DNA of 64,000 bases from Methanobacteriota archaeon (GCA_963719035.1 CAVRAO010000012.1:192001-256000), one strand, 5' to 3'; numbered from the stretch's first letter, positions 11,710 through 23,176 are shown. The notes: generated by a model not told the origin, from the letters alone. Made by a program: numbers and translations.

Positions 11710-12060
11710 ATGCAATATGAAGAAGTCACGCGCCGTGATTGGGAGAGAACCGCGCTTTACCTTGCCGGTGGAATGTTACTCATTATGACTGCCGCAATTT
11801 TCCTTTCTGCAATTAACCGCATTATTGGGGCGATCATTTGGTTCGCCCTCATCGGTGTGGTGCTTACGATCTTGGTAAGTTGGCACACCAAAATGTACGC
11901 ATATAAGTGCAAACAGTGTGGAGAACAATTTGAGATCTCACCAGTAACGAATTTCGTCAGCCCTCAAGGCTTCGGCAAAAACGGTGCGTGGAAGTACCTC
12001 AAGTGCCCACGATGCAACAAACACGAGCGCGCTGAGGTTTTAAAGAAGGTCAACAGATGA
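11710..12060 (+). CDS. Two-TM membrane protein with C-terminal zinc ribbon
   Basis: Two hydrophobic helices, then YKCKQCG...LKCPRCN. Confidence 0.8.
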   Translation: MQYEEVTRRDWERTALYLAGGMLLIMTAAIFLSAINRIIGAIIWFALIGVVLTILVSWHTKMYAYKCKQCGEQFEISPVTNFVSPQGFGKNGAWKYLKCPRCNKHERAEVLKKVNR

Positions 12061-12092
12061 TTTGAGCGGCCCCTATTGCTGTTCGCGGTGTA

Positions 12093-12938
12093 TCATACGT
12101 TCCTTTCTTTCACAACCGTCTCGCCTGGCTTGTTTAAATCAAGCGTTGCCTCCACTTCTAACCGGACCATTTTTACGTGGATGCCTCCGTTTTCATCAGG
12201 TGGCCGTCGTTCCACGTACGCGTTGGCGATCTCTCCTACAAAATCCTCGCGCAACGCGTCAGGAAGGCGTTCCGTGTAAGGAAGGAAGACCGTGCGCAAC
12301 CAGCCAGTAAGCGCGCCTCTCCCGTCGTGTAACATATCCTTTGGGACCAACTGAACGCGTTTCGCAGAAAGGCCCGCCCGCTCAACGAAACCGCGGTATT
12401 CTTCGACGCTGTAGAAGAACCACGGGTAAGTGAAGTTTTTAAAATAGCCTTTCCAGCGGCTATGCGTTGTAAGCTCATTCGCCACGTCGGAAATCATCGC
12501 AGCATTGCCCTTCCCGCCGAACTGAAGGGCCGTCCGTCCGCCCGGCTTGAGGCTTCGCTTGATTCCGCTGAGCACAGCGAGATGATCGCTTACCCAGTGG
12601 AGGCTTGCAAACGACACGACGAGGTCGAACTCGCAACGATAAGAAAGGCGGGTCGCATTACCCCAGCGAAACTGCAGATTTGGATAACGGACGGGTGGAA
12701 ATCGCCGTTGGGCAAACGCAACCATGTTCTCAGACGAGTCGATCGCGAGCACGTGTCCCCTTGGAACGAGCGCTGCAAGCTCTGCAGTCACCTTTCCATC
12801 GCCGCAGCCGATGTCCAGTATTCGCTCATCGCCTGCGAGTTTTAGGGTTCGAATGACGTCGTGGGCCCACCGTTGCTGCGAAGATGAGTGTTTTTCGTAT
12901 TCAGCTGCATCCCAATTGTGCGCCACGTTCAGTTGCAT
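12093..12938 (-). CDS. Class I SAM methyltransferase (trans-aconitate methyltransferase-like)
   Basis: WDAAEY, ILDIGCGDG, SLHWV, LKPGG, VRLEV. Confidence 0.9.
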   Translation of the reverse strand: MQLNVAHNWDAAEYEKHSSSQQRWAHDVIRTLKLAGDERILDIGCGDGKVTAELAALVPRGHVLAIDSSENMVAFAQRRFPPVRYPNLQFRWGNATRLSYRCEFDLVVSFASLHWVSDHLAVLSGIKRSLKPGGRTALQFGGKGNAAMISDVANELTTHSRWKGYFKNFTYPWFFYSVEEYRGFVERAGLSAKRVQLVPKDMLHDGRGALTGWLRTVFLPYTERLPDALREDFVGEIANAYVERRPPDENGGIHVKMVRLEVEATLDLNKPGETVVKERNV

Positions 12939-13011
12939 CTCCTGTGGTTCAGTTCAGCGAGCGGCTTCAACGCCTCAATGCCCAGATACGAACAATCGAG
13001 GTGGTATAGAG

Positions 13012-14032
13012 TTACATTTCAAGCACGACTCTATAGTGAGCATCATTGTTGCGGACTCGCTGTACAGCACTGTTTATGTCCGTTTGGGGGAACACCTCGG
13101 ATCGTGCGACAATGTGATGACTCGCAGCGAATGCGAGCATCTCTCGCATCACGTCTCTTCCACCTGTTAAGGCTTCCGCTTATCGATTTCTGGCCACCAA
13201 CGAGAAAAGGCGCTGGAACCGCGACGCTGCTTACCTCGCCATGTGAGCGCAGCCGATTAACGATCGTCAAGTGGCCGTTGGGCCGCAGGGCCTCCATGTA
13301 GGATGACCACGGGAGGGGTGCAGAGGCTGTCGATAGTATGAAATCTAAGGTTCGTTTAGTCTCTTGCATCTCCTTTTCGTTACGGCTATTAACGAAGTGA
13401 TCCGCGCCAAAAGCAAATGAATCGTCTTCCTTTTGAGGGTGAGTTGAAAACGCGGTTACCTCGCAGTCTAAGGCGTGCGCGAATTGAAGGGCTATGTGTC
13501 CAAGGCCGCCGATGCCAACTATGCCGACGCGATGGTGGGGGCGGAGGCCAAAGCGCCTCATTGGTGCGTAGACTGTCAAGCCTGCGCACATAAGCGGCGC
13601 TGCACTTGCTGAATCGAGAGAATCTGGAATCGTAAAGGCGAACCGACTATCGGTGCGAACGAAATCAGCGAATCCGCCGTGCCTCTTAACACATGTGAGC
13701 ACCTTGTTTCGGCACAAGTTCTCGTATCCGCTCAGGCACCACTCGCAGTGCAAGCAGCTTCCCGATTGCCATCCGACGCCGACTCGTTGACCTGCGCTGA
13801 GCCGTTTAACCTTAAAGCCAGTCGCTCTTATTATACCGACGATTTCATGTCCTGGGACGAGTGGATAATGCGAAATGTTCCAGTCGTTATCGATGAGGTG
13901 TATATCGCTATGGCAGACCCCGCAATGGCTGACCTCGATGTCAATTTCGAATGGCCCTGGCTCTCGAAGTTCGTAGTCAAACGGACGAAGGGCCGCCCCT
14001 GGCCCTCGCGCGGCGAATGCGTGGATATGCAT
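13012..14032 (-). CDS. Zn-dependent NAD(P)H alcohol dehydrogenase (Ahr/CAD family), one frameshift near 13170
   Basis: CGVCHSD, GHE, CxxCxxC...C, GIGGLG; removing one base restores the C-terminus ...MREMLAFAA...AHYRVVLEM ending at 13012. Confidence 0.9.
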
Positions 14033-14123
14033 CTTTCGGTTTACCATGTTTGCCATATGTAGCATTTTATTGTTTGCCACGGCTGAGGTCATGACGTGAG
14101 GTTTTACACCCCCCTAAACGGTT

Positions 14124-14153
14124 ATATATCAAAAAGCATAGCTTCAGATATAT
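14124..14153. promoter_or_regulatory. Putative PadR operator between divergent adh and padR
   Basis: Inverted repeat ATATATC-N16-GATATAT overlapping a TATA-like TTATATA. Confidence 0.35.
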
Positions 14154-14174
14154 TGTAATACACGAGGAATCCCA

Positions 14175-14687
14175 GTGGCGAGACGAATATGGAAAGAGTG
14201 GGCGCACGACCAGTTTCTAGGGATGGCGCAGTTCGGTCCTCTCAAAATGGAACGCGGCAACATCAAGTTTTTTGTGCTTATGACGCTCCAGAAACAACCG
14301 CTCCACGGGTACGGCATTATAAGGGCGATTGAGGACGTGAGTGGCCACGCCCCGAGCGCAGGAGTGATCTATCCGACGCTCCAGATGCTTGAGGATCAGG
14401 GGTGCGTCACCATGCATGAGGAGGATCACAAGAAGATATACGCCATCACTGACGACGGGCGATTCTTCTTGGAGAAACACTGCGAAACGGTTGAGCGATT
14501 AAGCACGCGCGTTGCTCAGCCACGATGGAGTTCACTACCAGGCGTTGGCAGGCGCGTCGGAGAAATCGCGCGGACCGTCTTTTCCAACTACTCGTATCTC
14601 GACGACGAGAAGACTCGACAGATCGAGAATATCCTCGACGAGGCGAAGAGACAGATTGGCGAAGTGATTTTTGCGAGAAAGCGTTAA
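14175..14687 (+). CDS. PadR family transcriptional regulator
   Basis: PLHGYGII...PSAGVIYPTLQMLED...KKIYAITDDG. Confidence 0.92.
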   Translation: MARRIWKEWAHDQFLGMAQFGPLKMERGNIKFFVLMTLQKQPLHGYGIIRAIEDVSGHAPSAGVIYPTLQMLEDQGCVTMHEEDHKKIYAITDDGRFFLEKHCETVERLSTRVAQPRWSSLPGVGRRVGEIARTVFSNYSYLDDEKTRQIENILDEAKRQIGEVIFARKR

Positions 14688-14817
14688 GATGGCGCAGCGT
14701 TACGTCTGGAAACAGGGGCTTGATCGCCGACCTTTGCGAAGCTTGCCGTGTTAAGTTTTTCCGCAAGTAGAGAGCGCTGCCTTTTTATTCATTGCGCGAT
14801 CGCCAGGAGTTCACGGT

Positions 14818-16107
14818 TTGAAAGACTCAGATGACACAAGAGCACTCGAAACTGAAGCGGCTACGTCCGCTGCGACGGTTATTCCGCAGCGGAACCTTTT
14901 TCGACCTCAGACGTTCAAAGCGCTGCATTACCGCAACTTTGCGCTGCTTTGGGGCGGTATGCTCTTATCGAACACCGGCACATGGATGCAGATTATCGCG
15001 CAATCACTCCTCGTTTTGCAGCTTACGCAAAACTCAGGCGTTGCTCTTGGGATAATCTCGTTTGCCCAAGCCTCTCCGTTCTTGGTATTTTCGCTTGTCG
15101 GCGGGGGCGTGGCCGACAGGGTGGACAAGCGACGGTTGTTGTTGGTCACGCAAAGCCTGCAAATTGGCTACGCGTTTGCCTTGGGAATCCTAACTGTAAC
15201 AGGTCTCGTGCAGTTCTGGCATATCGTTGTATTGTCGGTGCTCGTCGGAATCACGCTTAGCTTCGACCAGCCGACCCGATTTGCCCTTATCCCCTCTATA
15301 GTGCCGCGTGAGGACCTTTCAAACGCGATATCGCTTAACACGATTCTTTTTAACGGCGCGGCGATTTTCGGGCCAGCGTTAGGTGGAGCGCTCGTTATGG
15401 TCATTGGCTATGCAGGCGTCTTCTTCGTTAATGGCCTGAGCTATGTCGCAGTTCTCATAGCGCTTCTTCTCATGAGGCTATCCCCAGTCATTACTTCGAG
15501 GTCTGGGTCGTTGTTTCGCACTATAAGGGGCGGTTTAACCCACATATTCCGCGACCGCTTTCTGGCAACGCTGCTCATCAACTTCGGGTCTTTACTGTTT
15601 TTCGGATCAACATATACGATACTGCTTGCGCTCTTCGCGGTGACTGAGCTCCGGACCACACCAGCAGGACTTGGCGTCCTTTACACGGCGATCGGGGTCG
15701 GAACCATCGTCGGTTCGCTTGCGCTGGCGTCGCTGGGCGACTTCCGACGCAAGGGGGAGCTCTTGATGATCTCGTCGATTTCGATGTCATTATCGGTGAT
15801 CGCTTTTTCGTTTCTTCACCTTTATTGGCTCTCATTCAGTTTGCTGCTCGTTGCCGGGGCGTCGCAAGCCGTTGTGTCAGCCGTATCAATCACACTCATG
15901 CAGCTCAACACGCCACGCAATATGATTGGTCTCGTGATGAGCATAAACACCCTCATTGTTATGGGAATACGACCGCTGGGTGCATTCCCCATTGGTGCTT
16001 TGAGCGCGGTTATCGGCGTTTCTGCCGCAATAGCTTCTGGCGCAGCGATAGCTTGTGTGATAAGTGTTTATCTATTCGCAGCCAACAAGCGGTTGCGATC
16101 AACGTAG
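14818..16107 (+). CDS. MFS transporter (MFS_3/DHA3-like)
   Basis: ALHYRNFALLW, SNTGTWMQ, GGVADRVDKRRLL, about 12 TM. Confidence 0.92.
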   Translation: MKDSDDTRALETEAATSAATVIPQRNLFRPQTFKALHYRNFALLWGGMLLSNTGTWMQIIAQSLLVLQLTQNSGVALGIISFAQASPFLVFSLVGGGVADRVDKRRLLLVTQSLQIGYAFALGILTVTGLVQFWHIVVLSVLVGITLSFDQPTRFALIPSIVPREDLSNAISLNTILFNGAAIFGPALGGALVMVIGYAGVFFVNGLSYVAVLIALLLMRLSPVITSRSGSLFRTIRGGLTHIFRDRFLATLLINFGSLLFFGSTYTILLALFAVTELRTTPAGLGVLYTAIGVGTIVGSLALASLGDFRRKGELLMISSISMSLSVIAFSFLHLYWLSFSLLLVAGASQAVVSAVSITLMQLNTPRNMIGLVMSINTLIVMGIRPLGAFPIGALSAVIGVSAAIASGAAIACVISVYLFAANKRLRST

Positions 16108-16711
16108 CGCTCAAAAAAGAAGCTTTTCTTTCAACTTTTTGGATGTTTTCAGCAGGATAAATTACTTAATTTTCGTGACTGCGGCGTGCGGAACGCGATA
16201 CATGTGTCGCCTTACTTAATTCACACCGCAGTATGAATCAGCCACACCTCTCCATATCGAACGTTCCCCTAGTTTTTCCACTCAATAGTTTCCGCTGTTT
16301 CCTCTGCATTTTGTGTCAGAAGACTGAGGTGGATAACGTATCTGAATGCCCGGATAGCGAAATTAGAAATTATCTCTTGACGTTTTTTTGCCTGATAGCG
16401 AGTAAAGCGCTTCCTGTTTTGACGGGGCCCATTGTGGCCTTCTTTCGTACTGGTCGCCACGTCACTTGGAAAATACAGTCGCAACGGAGCTCGAAACTAC
16501 TTAAAGCGGCCCTCTGGCGTGCGAAGTAAATCGCTTCTAATGGAGCGTTAGCGAGCCAATAGTCGCCTTGTGAATATGCGCGCACCGCGCCTCGTTTAGA
16601 AAAATAAAAATCTTGGTACGTTCAGACACCTTTATTGCGAGTCCAGATTTTAAAAAAAAGCGCAAAATACGAGCGAAAACGTTAAATATGATCTTGTAGA
16701 GCTTAATTATG

Positions 16712-16805
16712 TTGTGATTAACGGGAGCCGGGCTCGTGAATTGGCCTGCCTCGAAACACCGTCTTCTCTTACGGCTAACGGGCCCGTGTTCCGTCTTCGT
16801 TTTTA
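16712..16805 (+). ncRNA. Candidate structured small RNA of about 90 nt
   Basis: BRE/TATA (CGAAAAC-GTTAAATA, 16674-16688) about 25 nt upstream; long GC-rich stem in AT-rich intergenic DNA; followed by a T-tract. Confidence 0.55.
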
Positions 16806-17175
16806 AATGTAGAGAATCTAAGTTGTTTTTTTCGTCTACAGATCTTAGAAATTCGTTTATTTTTAAACTATCTTTTTTTAGTTGGCAGCTGCTTAAATTT
16901 CTTCCGATTTTGTCTAGATATAGTCTGTTGAGACGCTTAAAAGTAAGTTAAGAAACGCCCAAGTATTTCGGAAGATTATCTCGAGAGCACGTGAATATAT
17001 CCTGTTAAAAATGCCGTTGCTATTATGAGGACCAATTTTAAAGTCTTTGCTCGTCTATTTCGCTGAGATCACTTGAAAATGTTCTTTGATTTCAAGAAAA
17101 TGCGCATTAAATCTAAATTGGTATATAACGCTCGAGGTAATGTATGTAACGCTATCACATAACGGAGGTGATTCA

Positions 17176-17487
17176 ATGACAGAAGCGAGAACAGTTAAAA
17201 GGATTCCTGTTGGGGCTGTGGCATTGATCGTTGCGGTGATTAGTGCTGTAATATCGTTCATTTATGGTATATTTTCAGCGGTTTTTATCCTTGGAGGCGC
17301 TGCAAGCATGAACACTATCTTGCCGGAAGGAGTGGGCATCGGTTCGGGTGCAACGTTAGGGATAACCGTCATCATCGCCGCTACTATTGGCGGTTTCATA
17401 GGCGGATACATTGTAACAGCAATCGCAGCACTCCTCTACAACTGGTTGGCCCCCAGAATCGGTGGTATCAAACTTGAATTCGAGTAA
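17176..17487 (+). CDS. Small membrane protein (DUF3566-like)
   Basis: GGAGGTG ribosome-binding site; C-terminal LYNWLAPRIGGIKLEFE. Confidence 0.75.
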   Translation: MTEARTVKRIPVGAVALIVAVISAVISFIYGIFSAVFILGGAASMNTILPEGVGIGSGATLGITVIIAATIGGFIGGYIVTAIAALLYNWLAPRIGGIKLEFE

Positions 17488-17700
17488 TCGTGATATATTT
17501 TTTAGCCTCGATTGCTACGTTCCGACAATCGCGATTAACGCAAAAAACATAACCACCATTTTTTTATTTTTTAAGACGATAGTTAGTAATCTTACCGCGC
17601 TATCGTCTACGGTTCGCCCTTAGGCGTTAGCCGTGACTCTCTGCTGCGCCAATTCGAACTCTATCTAAGCTGAATGAAAGCGTACCTATCGGACACTGAC

Positions 17701-18252
17701 ATGAAAGATAAGATCAAGCTTGATAACGCTGCAAGTACGGTTTTTGCCCCCCAACTCGTTGGCTTGGTAACTACCATAGATCGTACAAGTCAGCCTAACG
17801 TAGCGACCTTCGCTTGGGTAATGAGCACTTCGCACGACCCAGAGCTCATAGCAGTAAGCGTTTCTAAAGCGCGCTATACCTACGAGTGTTTAACTGATGA
17901 ATTTGTCATCAATTTGCCAACGAAGGAATTGGTCGAACAGGTATGGACCGTTGGAACCCTATCGGGGCGGAACGTGAACAAGTTTCATGTCGCCGGGTTG
18001 ACGCCCATTTCTTCCGAGATAGTAAAGCCACCCCGCATAGCTGAGTGTCTAACTCACATCGAGTGTCGAATCGTCAACACGCTAGAAACGGGCGACCATA
18101 CCATCTTTATCGGTGAAGTCGTGGCAAAATCGGGCGACCTCGATGCGATAAAGGACGGCACACTCAATGAGAACGTTGAGCCTTTGTTTCATCTTGGAGG
18201 CACAAAATTCCTTACTGGCCGGGAGCGCATTGATGTGAACAAGCTTGACTAG
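17701..18252 (+). CDS. Flavin reductase family protein
   Basis: EFVINLP, GTLSGRNVNKF, PPRIAEC, IECR, GDHTIFIGEV. Confidence 0.9.
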   Translation: MKDKIKLDNAASTVFAPQLVGLVTTIDRTSQPNVATFAWVMSTSHDPELIAVSVSKARYTYECLTDEFVINLPTKELVEQVWTVGTLSGRNVNKFHVAGLTPISSEIVKPPRIAECLTHIECRIVNTLETGDHTIFIGEVVAKSGDLDAIKDGTLNENVEPLFHLGGTKFLTGRERIDVNKLD

Positions 18253-18501
18253 GGCAAATAAAGTTTTTAACTGGGTGACGAGATAACATAAGCCGCTGAG
18301 TGCAATGTTTCAACTATACAATAAGCGAGAGCCATCTGGTCGCCGACTTTCAAGCGGGCGTGATTCACTCTCTCTTAGAGACTTCGACTTCTTCGCTCAT
18401 TTTGACTTTGCGGCAGCAGTCAGTGGCGCAAGCGATGCTTCCAAAATCAGGACGAGGTGCGGCCACACCGGCACTGCGTCGCGCACATGGAGGGGTCAGC
18501 C

Positions 18502-20058
18502 GTGAGCGGAGCGCGAACTGTCGTCCTGCGACGAGAGGAGTTCGACGCCGTCGTGTTCGATATGGACGGGGTAGTCACCAAGACCGCCGCCGTCCATGCC
18601 ATCGCGTGGAAACGGCTCTTCGACGACTACATGGAGGAGCGCTCGCAGAGTACTGGCGAGGACTGGCGTCCGTTCGACGTGGAGGTCGACTACCGCCAGT
18701 ACGTCGACGGTAAACCGCGCTACGACGGGGTGCGCAGCTTCCTCGCCTCGCGAGGCATCGCCCTTCCCGAGGGCACGCCCGATCATGCCGCCAACGTGGA
18801 CACGGTGTGCGGGCTCGGGAACCGGAAGAACGGCTACTTCTTGGAGGAGCTCGAGCAGCATGGGGTGAGCGTGTTCGAGAGCACCGTTAGGCTCGTGCGC
18901 ATTCTCCACGGCGTCGGCATCGGGACCGCCATTATCTCGGCGAGCAAGAACGTGGCGCTCGTCCTCGGCGCCGGGGGCGTCGGCGACCTCTTCCCGGTCT
19001 GCGTGGACGGCATCACGGCGGCCGAGATGGGACTACCCGGCAAGCCCGATCCGGCCGTTTTCGTGGAGGCCGCGTGCAGGCTCGGCGCCAGCATAGAGCG
19101 CACCGTCGTCGTCGAAGACGCCCGCGCCGGTGTGAAGGCCGGCCGCCGGGGCGGCTTCGGCCTTGTGATCGGGGTCGACCGCACAGGCGATGCCGAGGGT
19201 CTGCTCGCCGCGGGTGCCGATGTGGTGGTCTCCGACTTGGCGGACGTGGTCGTGGACCCCCCTTTCAGTCCGTCCGCTCTGGTCTGTGCGGGCGACATCG
19301 ACCGGCGGCTCTGCCAGGCTACGCCGGCGCTCTTCCTCGACTACGACGGGACACTGACTCCGATCGTGGCACACCCGGACCTGGCCGTCCTCTCCGACGA
19401 CATGAGAGCGGTGCTCGAGCGTTTGGCTGCGCACTTTCCGGTGGCAATCATCAGCGGCCGCGAGCTAGCTGACGTTCGTCGGATGGTCGGCATCGACGGT
19501 ATCGTGTACGCGGGCTCGCACGGGTGCGATGTCGACGCCCCCGAGGCGCTGGGAGGGCGCGTCCAGCACGCACCCCTCGCGGCCAGCGACGACGTGGCGG
19601 CGGCGCGCGCCGCCCTCACAAGGAAGGTGGAGGACATTCCTGGAGCTTGGGTGGAGCACAAGACCTTCGCGGTAACGGTGCACTTCCGCCAGACGCCTCC
19701 CGACCAGGTGCCGCGCGTCATGGCCGCTTTCGATGAGGTCGCTCCCGTCTTCCCCGGACTGCGCAGGACCACCGGCAAGATGGTCCTCGAGCTGCGACCG
19801 GCCATCGCCTGTTACGACAAGGGCAAGGCGCTGCTGTGGCTGCTCGAGCGGCTGGAGACGGCCGTAGGGGCGTACGTGCCGGTCTACATCGGCGATGATA
19901 CCACCGACGAAGACGCGTTCCGGGCGATCGCCGGGCGCGGTGTGGGCGTGCGCATCGGCGACCCACACGATGTGACCGCCGCCGATTACAGCCTCGCCGA
20001 TGTGGGGGAGGTCCTGAAGCTCTTCCGCGCGCTCCTCGCTTTGGAGGAGCCGTCGTGA
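18502..20058 (+). CDS. otsB: Beta-phosphoglucomutase-like HAD domain fused to trehalose-6-phosphate phosphatase
   Basis: FDMDGVV...GKPDP...VEDA, then LDYDGTL...ISGR...GSHG...GDDTTDEDAF; GGAGG before GTG. Confidence 0.88.
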   Translation: MSGARTVVLRREEFDAVVFDMDGVVTKTAAVHAIAWKRLFDDYMEERSQSTGEDWRPFDVEVDYRQYVDGKPRYDGVRSFLASRGIALPEGTPDHAANVDTVCGLGNRKNGYFLEELEQHGVSVFESTVRLVRILHGVGIGTAIISASKNVALVLGAGGVGDLFPVCVDGITAAEMGLPGKPDPAVFVEAACRLGASIERTVVVEDARAGVKAGRRGGFGLVIGVDRTGDAEGLLAAGADVVVSDLADVVVDPPFSPSALVCAGDIDRRLCQATPALFLDYDGTLTPIVAHPDLAVLSDDMRAVLERLAAHFPVAIISGRELADVRRMVGIDGIVYAGSHGCDVDAPEALGGRVQHAPLAASDDVAAARAALTRKVEDIPGAWVEHKTFAVTVHFRQTPPDQVPRVMAAFDEVAPVFPGLRRTTGKMVLELRPAIACYDKGKALLWLLERLETAVGAYVPVYIGDDTTDEDAFRAIAGRGVGVRIGDPHDVTAADYSLADVGEVLKLFRALLALEEPS

Positions 20059-22482
20059 GCGGCATCGGTCCGGCTGCCTCTGGGCGAAGCGGAGACCGAT
20101 GGACGCTGACCTACGAGGGGTACTGCCCGGAGGACGAGGGGTTGCGCGAGGCTCTATGCGCCGTGGGCAACGGGTACTTCGTGACTCGCGGCGCCGGCGC
20201 GCAGAGCTGTGCGGACAGCGTGCACTACCCCGGTACGTATCTAGCTGGTGGCTTCAATCGCTTGGTTAGCGACGTGGCCGGACGAGCTATTGAGAACGAG
20301 GACCTCGTCAACCTGCCCAACTGGCTACCTCTCACGTTCCGCGTCGAAGACGGTCCGGAGTTCGATGTCGATAGCGCCGATCTGCTGCAGTACCGGCAGG
20401 AGCTCGACCTCCGCCAGGGCGTCTTGAAACGCGCGCTAGTCTTCAGGGACGATGCTGGTCGCGAGACCGAGCTGACCGAGCGCCGCTTCGTGAGCATGGC
20501 GGACAAGAACCTTGCGGCCATCGAGTTGACGCTCACTGCGCGTAATTGGTCCGGCAACGTTACCTTCGTGTCGGCCCTTGACGGGTCGGTGGTCAATACC
20601 GGCGTGTCGCGATACCTCGACCTAGCTTCGGACCACCTCGAGCCCGTCGCCGCATCGCGACCGAACCCCGACACGATCTGTCTCGTTGCGGAGACCTCGC
20701 AGTCACACATCCGCATCGCCGAGGCCGCGCGCACGCGGCTGAATGTCGGCGGCGACCCCGCGCCCGTCGCCGCCGAGCTGACCGAGCGGACTAGCTACGT
20801 CGGGCTGGTGCTGCCGGCAGTGGCTCAGTGCGGCGTCCCACTGACGGTCGAGAAGACCGTCGTCCTGTGTACGTCACGTGAGAGCGGCATCTCCGAACCC
20901 ACGTACGCCGCTCTCACGCGGCTGGAGGGCGCAGGCGACTTTGCCATCCTCCTCGAGAGCCACGTCGAGGCCTGGGACGCGATCTGGCGCCGCTGCACCG
21001 TTGAAGGAGGTAACGACGATCACGTAGGCATGCTGCTTCACCTCCACGTGTTCCACGTGCTGCAGACCGTTTCGCCGCACACCGTCGACCTAGACGCCGG
21101 TCTGCCAGCGCGTGGCCTCCACGGCGAGGCCTACCGCGGCCACATCTTCTGGGACGAGCTCTACGTGTTCCCGTTTCTCACTGGCGTCTTCCCCGAGATC
21201 ACGCGGGCGTTGCTGTTGTACCGCTACCGGAGGCTGCCGGCGGCCGTGCGGGCGGCCCGCGCGGAGGGGTTCAGGGGGGCTATGTTCCCGTGGCAGAGCG
21301 GCAGCGACGGCCGCGAAGAGACGCAGGTGGTGCACCTCAACCCGAAGTCCGGACGCTGGCTGCCAGACAACAGCTATCTCCAGCGGCACGTGAACGTGGC
21401 GATCGCCTACAACATCTGGTGCTACTACGAGATTACTGGCGATGCTGCGTTCCTGCGCTCTTACGGGGCGGAGATGCTGCTGCAGATCGCCCGTTTCTTG
21501 GCGAGCCTGACGAGCTTCGACGAGGCGCGCGGGCGGTTCGTGATACGCGGCGTCATGGGGTCCGACGAATACCATGATGCCTATCCGTGGTCCGACAAGC
21601 CCGGCATCGACAACAACGCTTACACGAACGTCATGACCTCTTGGGTCCTCCGGCGTGCTCTCGACGCGCTCGACCGGCTCCCCGTTCTCTGGCGCGACGA
21701 GCTGATTCGCAAACTCCGCATCGACGACACTGAGCTTGAGTTGTGGCGCGACATCAGCCGTCGCCTCTTCGTGCCGTTCCTCCCCGATGGCGTCATCAGT
21801 CAGTTCGAGGGGTACGAGCGGCTCGAGGAGTTCGAATGGGACGCCTATCGGGCCAAGTACGGTGATATCGCCCGCCTCGACCGCATCCTCGAAGCCGAGA
21901 GAGACACGCCGAACCGGTATCGTCTGTCCAAGCAGGCGGACACCCTCATGCTCTTCTACCTGTTCGCGGTCGACGAGGTTCAGCGGCTGCTCGTGGAGCT
22001 CGGATACGAAGTGGACGAGGTGATCCTGCAGCGCACTATCGACTTCTACGCCGCACGCACTTCTCACGGTTCCACGCTGAGCCGAGTGGTGCACGCCTGG
22101 CTGCTCGCACGAACCGACCCGGGCGTTTCGTGGTCGCTGTTCCTCGAAGCGCTCGAGAGCGACCTGTACGACATTCAGGGCGGCACGACGCGCGAGGGGG
22201 TGCACTTGGGCGTCATGGCCGGCACGATCGACCTAGTGCGCCGCGGGTTCGCCGGGGTTGAACCGGGTGCGGGGTCGGTGTCGATCGACCCGCGTCTTCC
22301 GCCCCAGCTGGCCACCCTGCGGGTCCTCGCTGCTCGTCGGGGGGTGCTGGCTAGACGTCAGCTTGGCGGACGGACTTTTGACGCTGTCGAACCGGCCAGG
22401 TAACGAGGCCGACGTGAAGGTCAAGCTCCGAGGCCTGGAGGTCGTGCTGGGTCCCGGCCGGTCGATGGAGACTGCTCTCTAG
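20055..22482 (+). CDS. Glycoside hydrolase family 65 (trehalose/maltose phosphorylase-like), frameshift near 22330
   Basis: REALCAVGNGY, GEAYRGHIFWDE, DEYH, NNAYTN, KQAD, HGSTLS; C-terminus continues in ORF 22258-22482. Confidence 0.9.
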
Positions 22483-22504
22483 CCCGGCCGCTCGGCCGCG
22501 CTAG
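22479..22504 (+). terminator. GC-rich hairpin at the end of the trehalose cassette
   Basis: CTAGC-C-CGGCCG..CGGCCG-C-GCTAG at the GH65 stop, T-run shortly after. Confidence 0.5.
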
Positions 22505-22677
22505 GCCCGTTTTAAGGCTTAACGCTTTGAACGAGCGCCCTTTTTTGAAGACGTTCTCGTCACATCCGGCGCCAGTCAAGTTGTGACGCAAACGCTGTGT
22601 CACGCGTTTAAACGCATTTCCTGTCTCACGCGGGATTATAGTGTGTCTGTGCTCACGCTAGATCAGAGGTGGACGTT

Positions 22678-23106
22678 ATGGCTACAATTATAGCGAGCAT
22701 GCAGACTTACGAACAACTCGACGCGGGTACCTCTTCGGCCCTGCGCATAAACAGGCGCATCGAAAACGAAGAGATACCACTCTTCATACGAAGGTGCGTC
22801 ATCGACGCAACACGCTGGGAAGTCGACGGAACACGATATGATCAATGGCGCGCTGAAAACGGCAACGGAAAAATTCCCGCTACCGAATGGCGTGAACAAG
22901 TCGTCATTCCCCACCTACAGGAGCGGTTTGACGGGCTTGAACTGCGTGACGATGACCGTCTCTACGGGATTAGACACGACACCGCTGAGGAGATAAATGA
23001 ACGTTTCTACAACCCGCAACAGCTTCGGGGGGCGATGCTTGCAAAGTGCCCAGGACAACGATGGCTATTCGCTCTTGGGTGCTGTCGAAGACACAGACCG
23101 CAGTAA
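22678..23106 (+). CDS. Hypothetical protein
   Basis: GAGGTG upstream of ATG; about 142 aa; no recognised motif. Confidence 0.5.
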   Translation: MATIIASMQTYEQLDAGTSSALRINRRIENEEIPLFIRRCVIDATRWEVDGTRYDQWRAENGNGKIPATEWREQVVIPHLQERFDGLELRDDDRLYGIRHDTAEEINERFYNPQQLRGAMLAKCPGQRWLFALGCCRRHRPQ

Positions 23107-23176
23107 AGTTCGAGTCTCTTTCAAAGCTCAACTGTAACGATAACGCACTCTGTCAATAATGCGTGCAGCTGTCCAT

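Noticed and set aside
18300-22430. Long antisense and alternative-frame ORFs (for example 21090-22205)
   Set aside because: Shadow ORFs caused by high third-position GC opposite well-supported genes.
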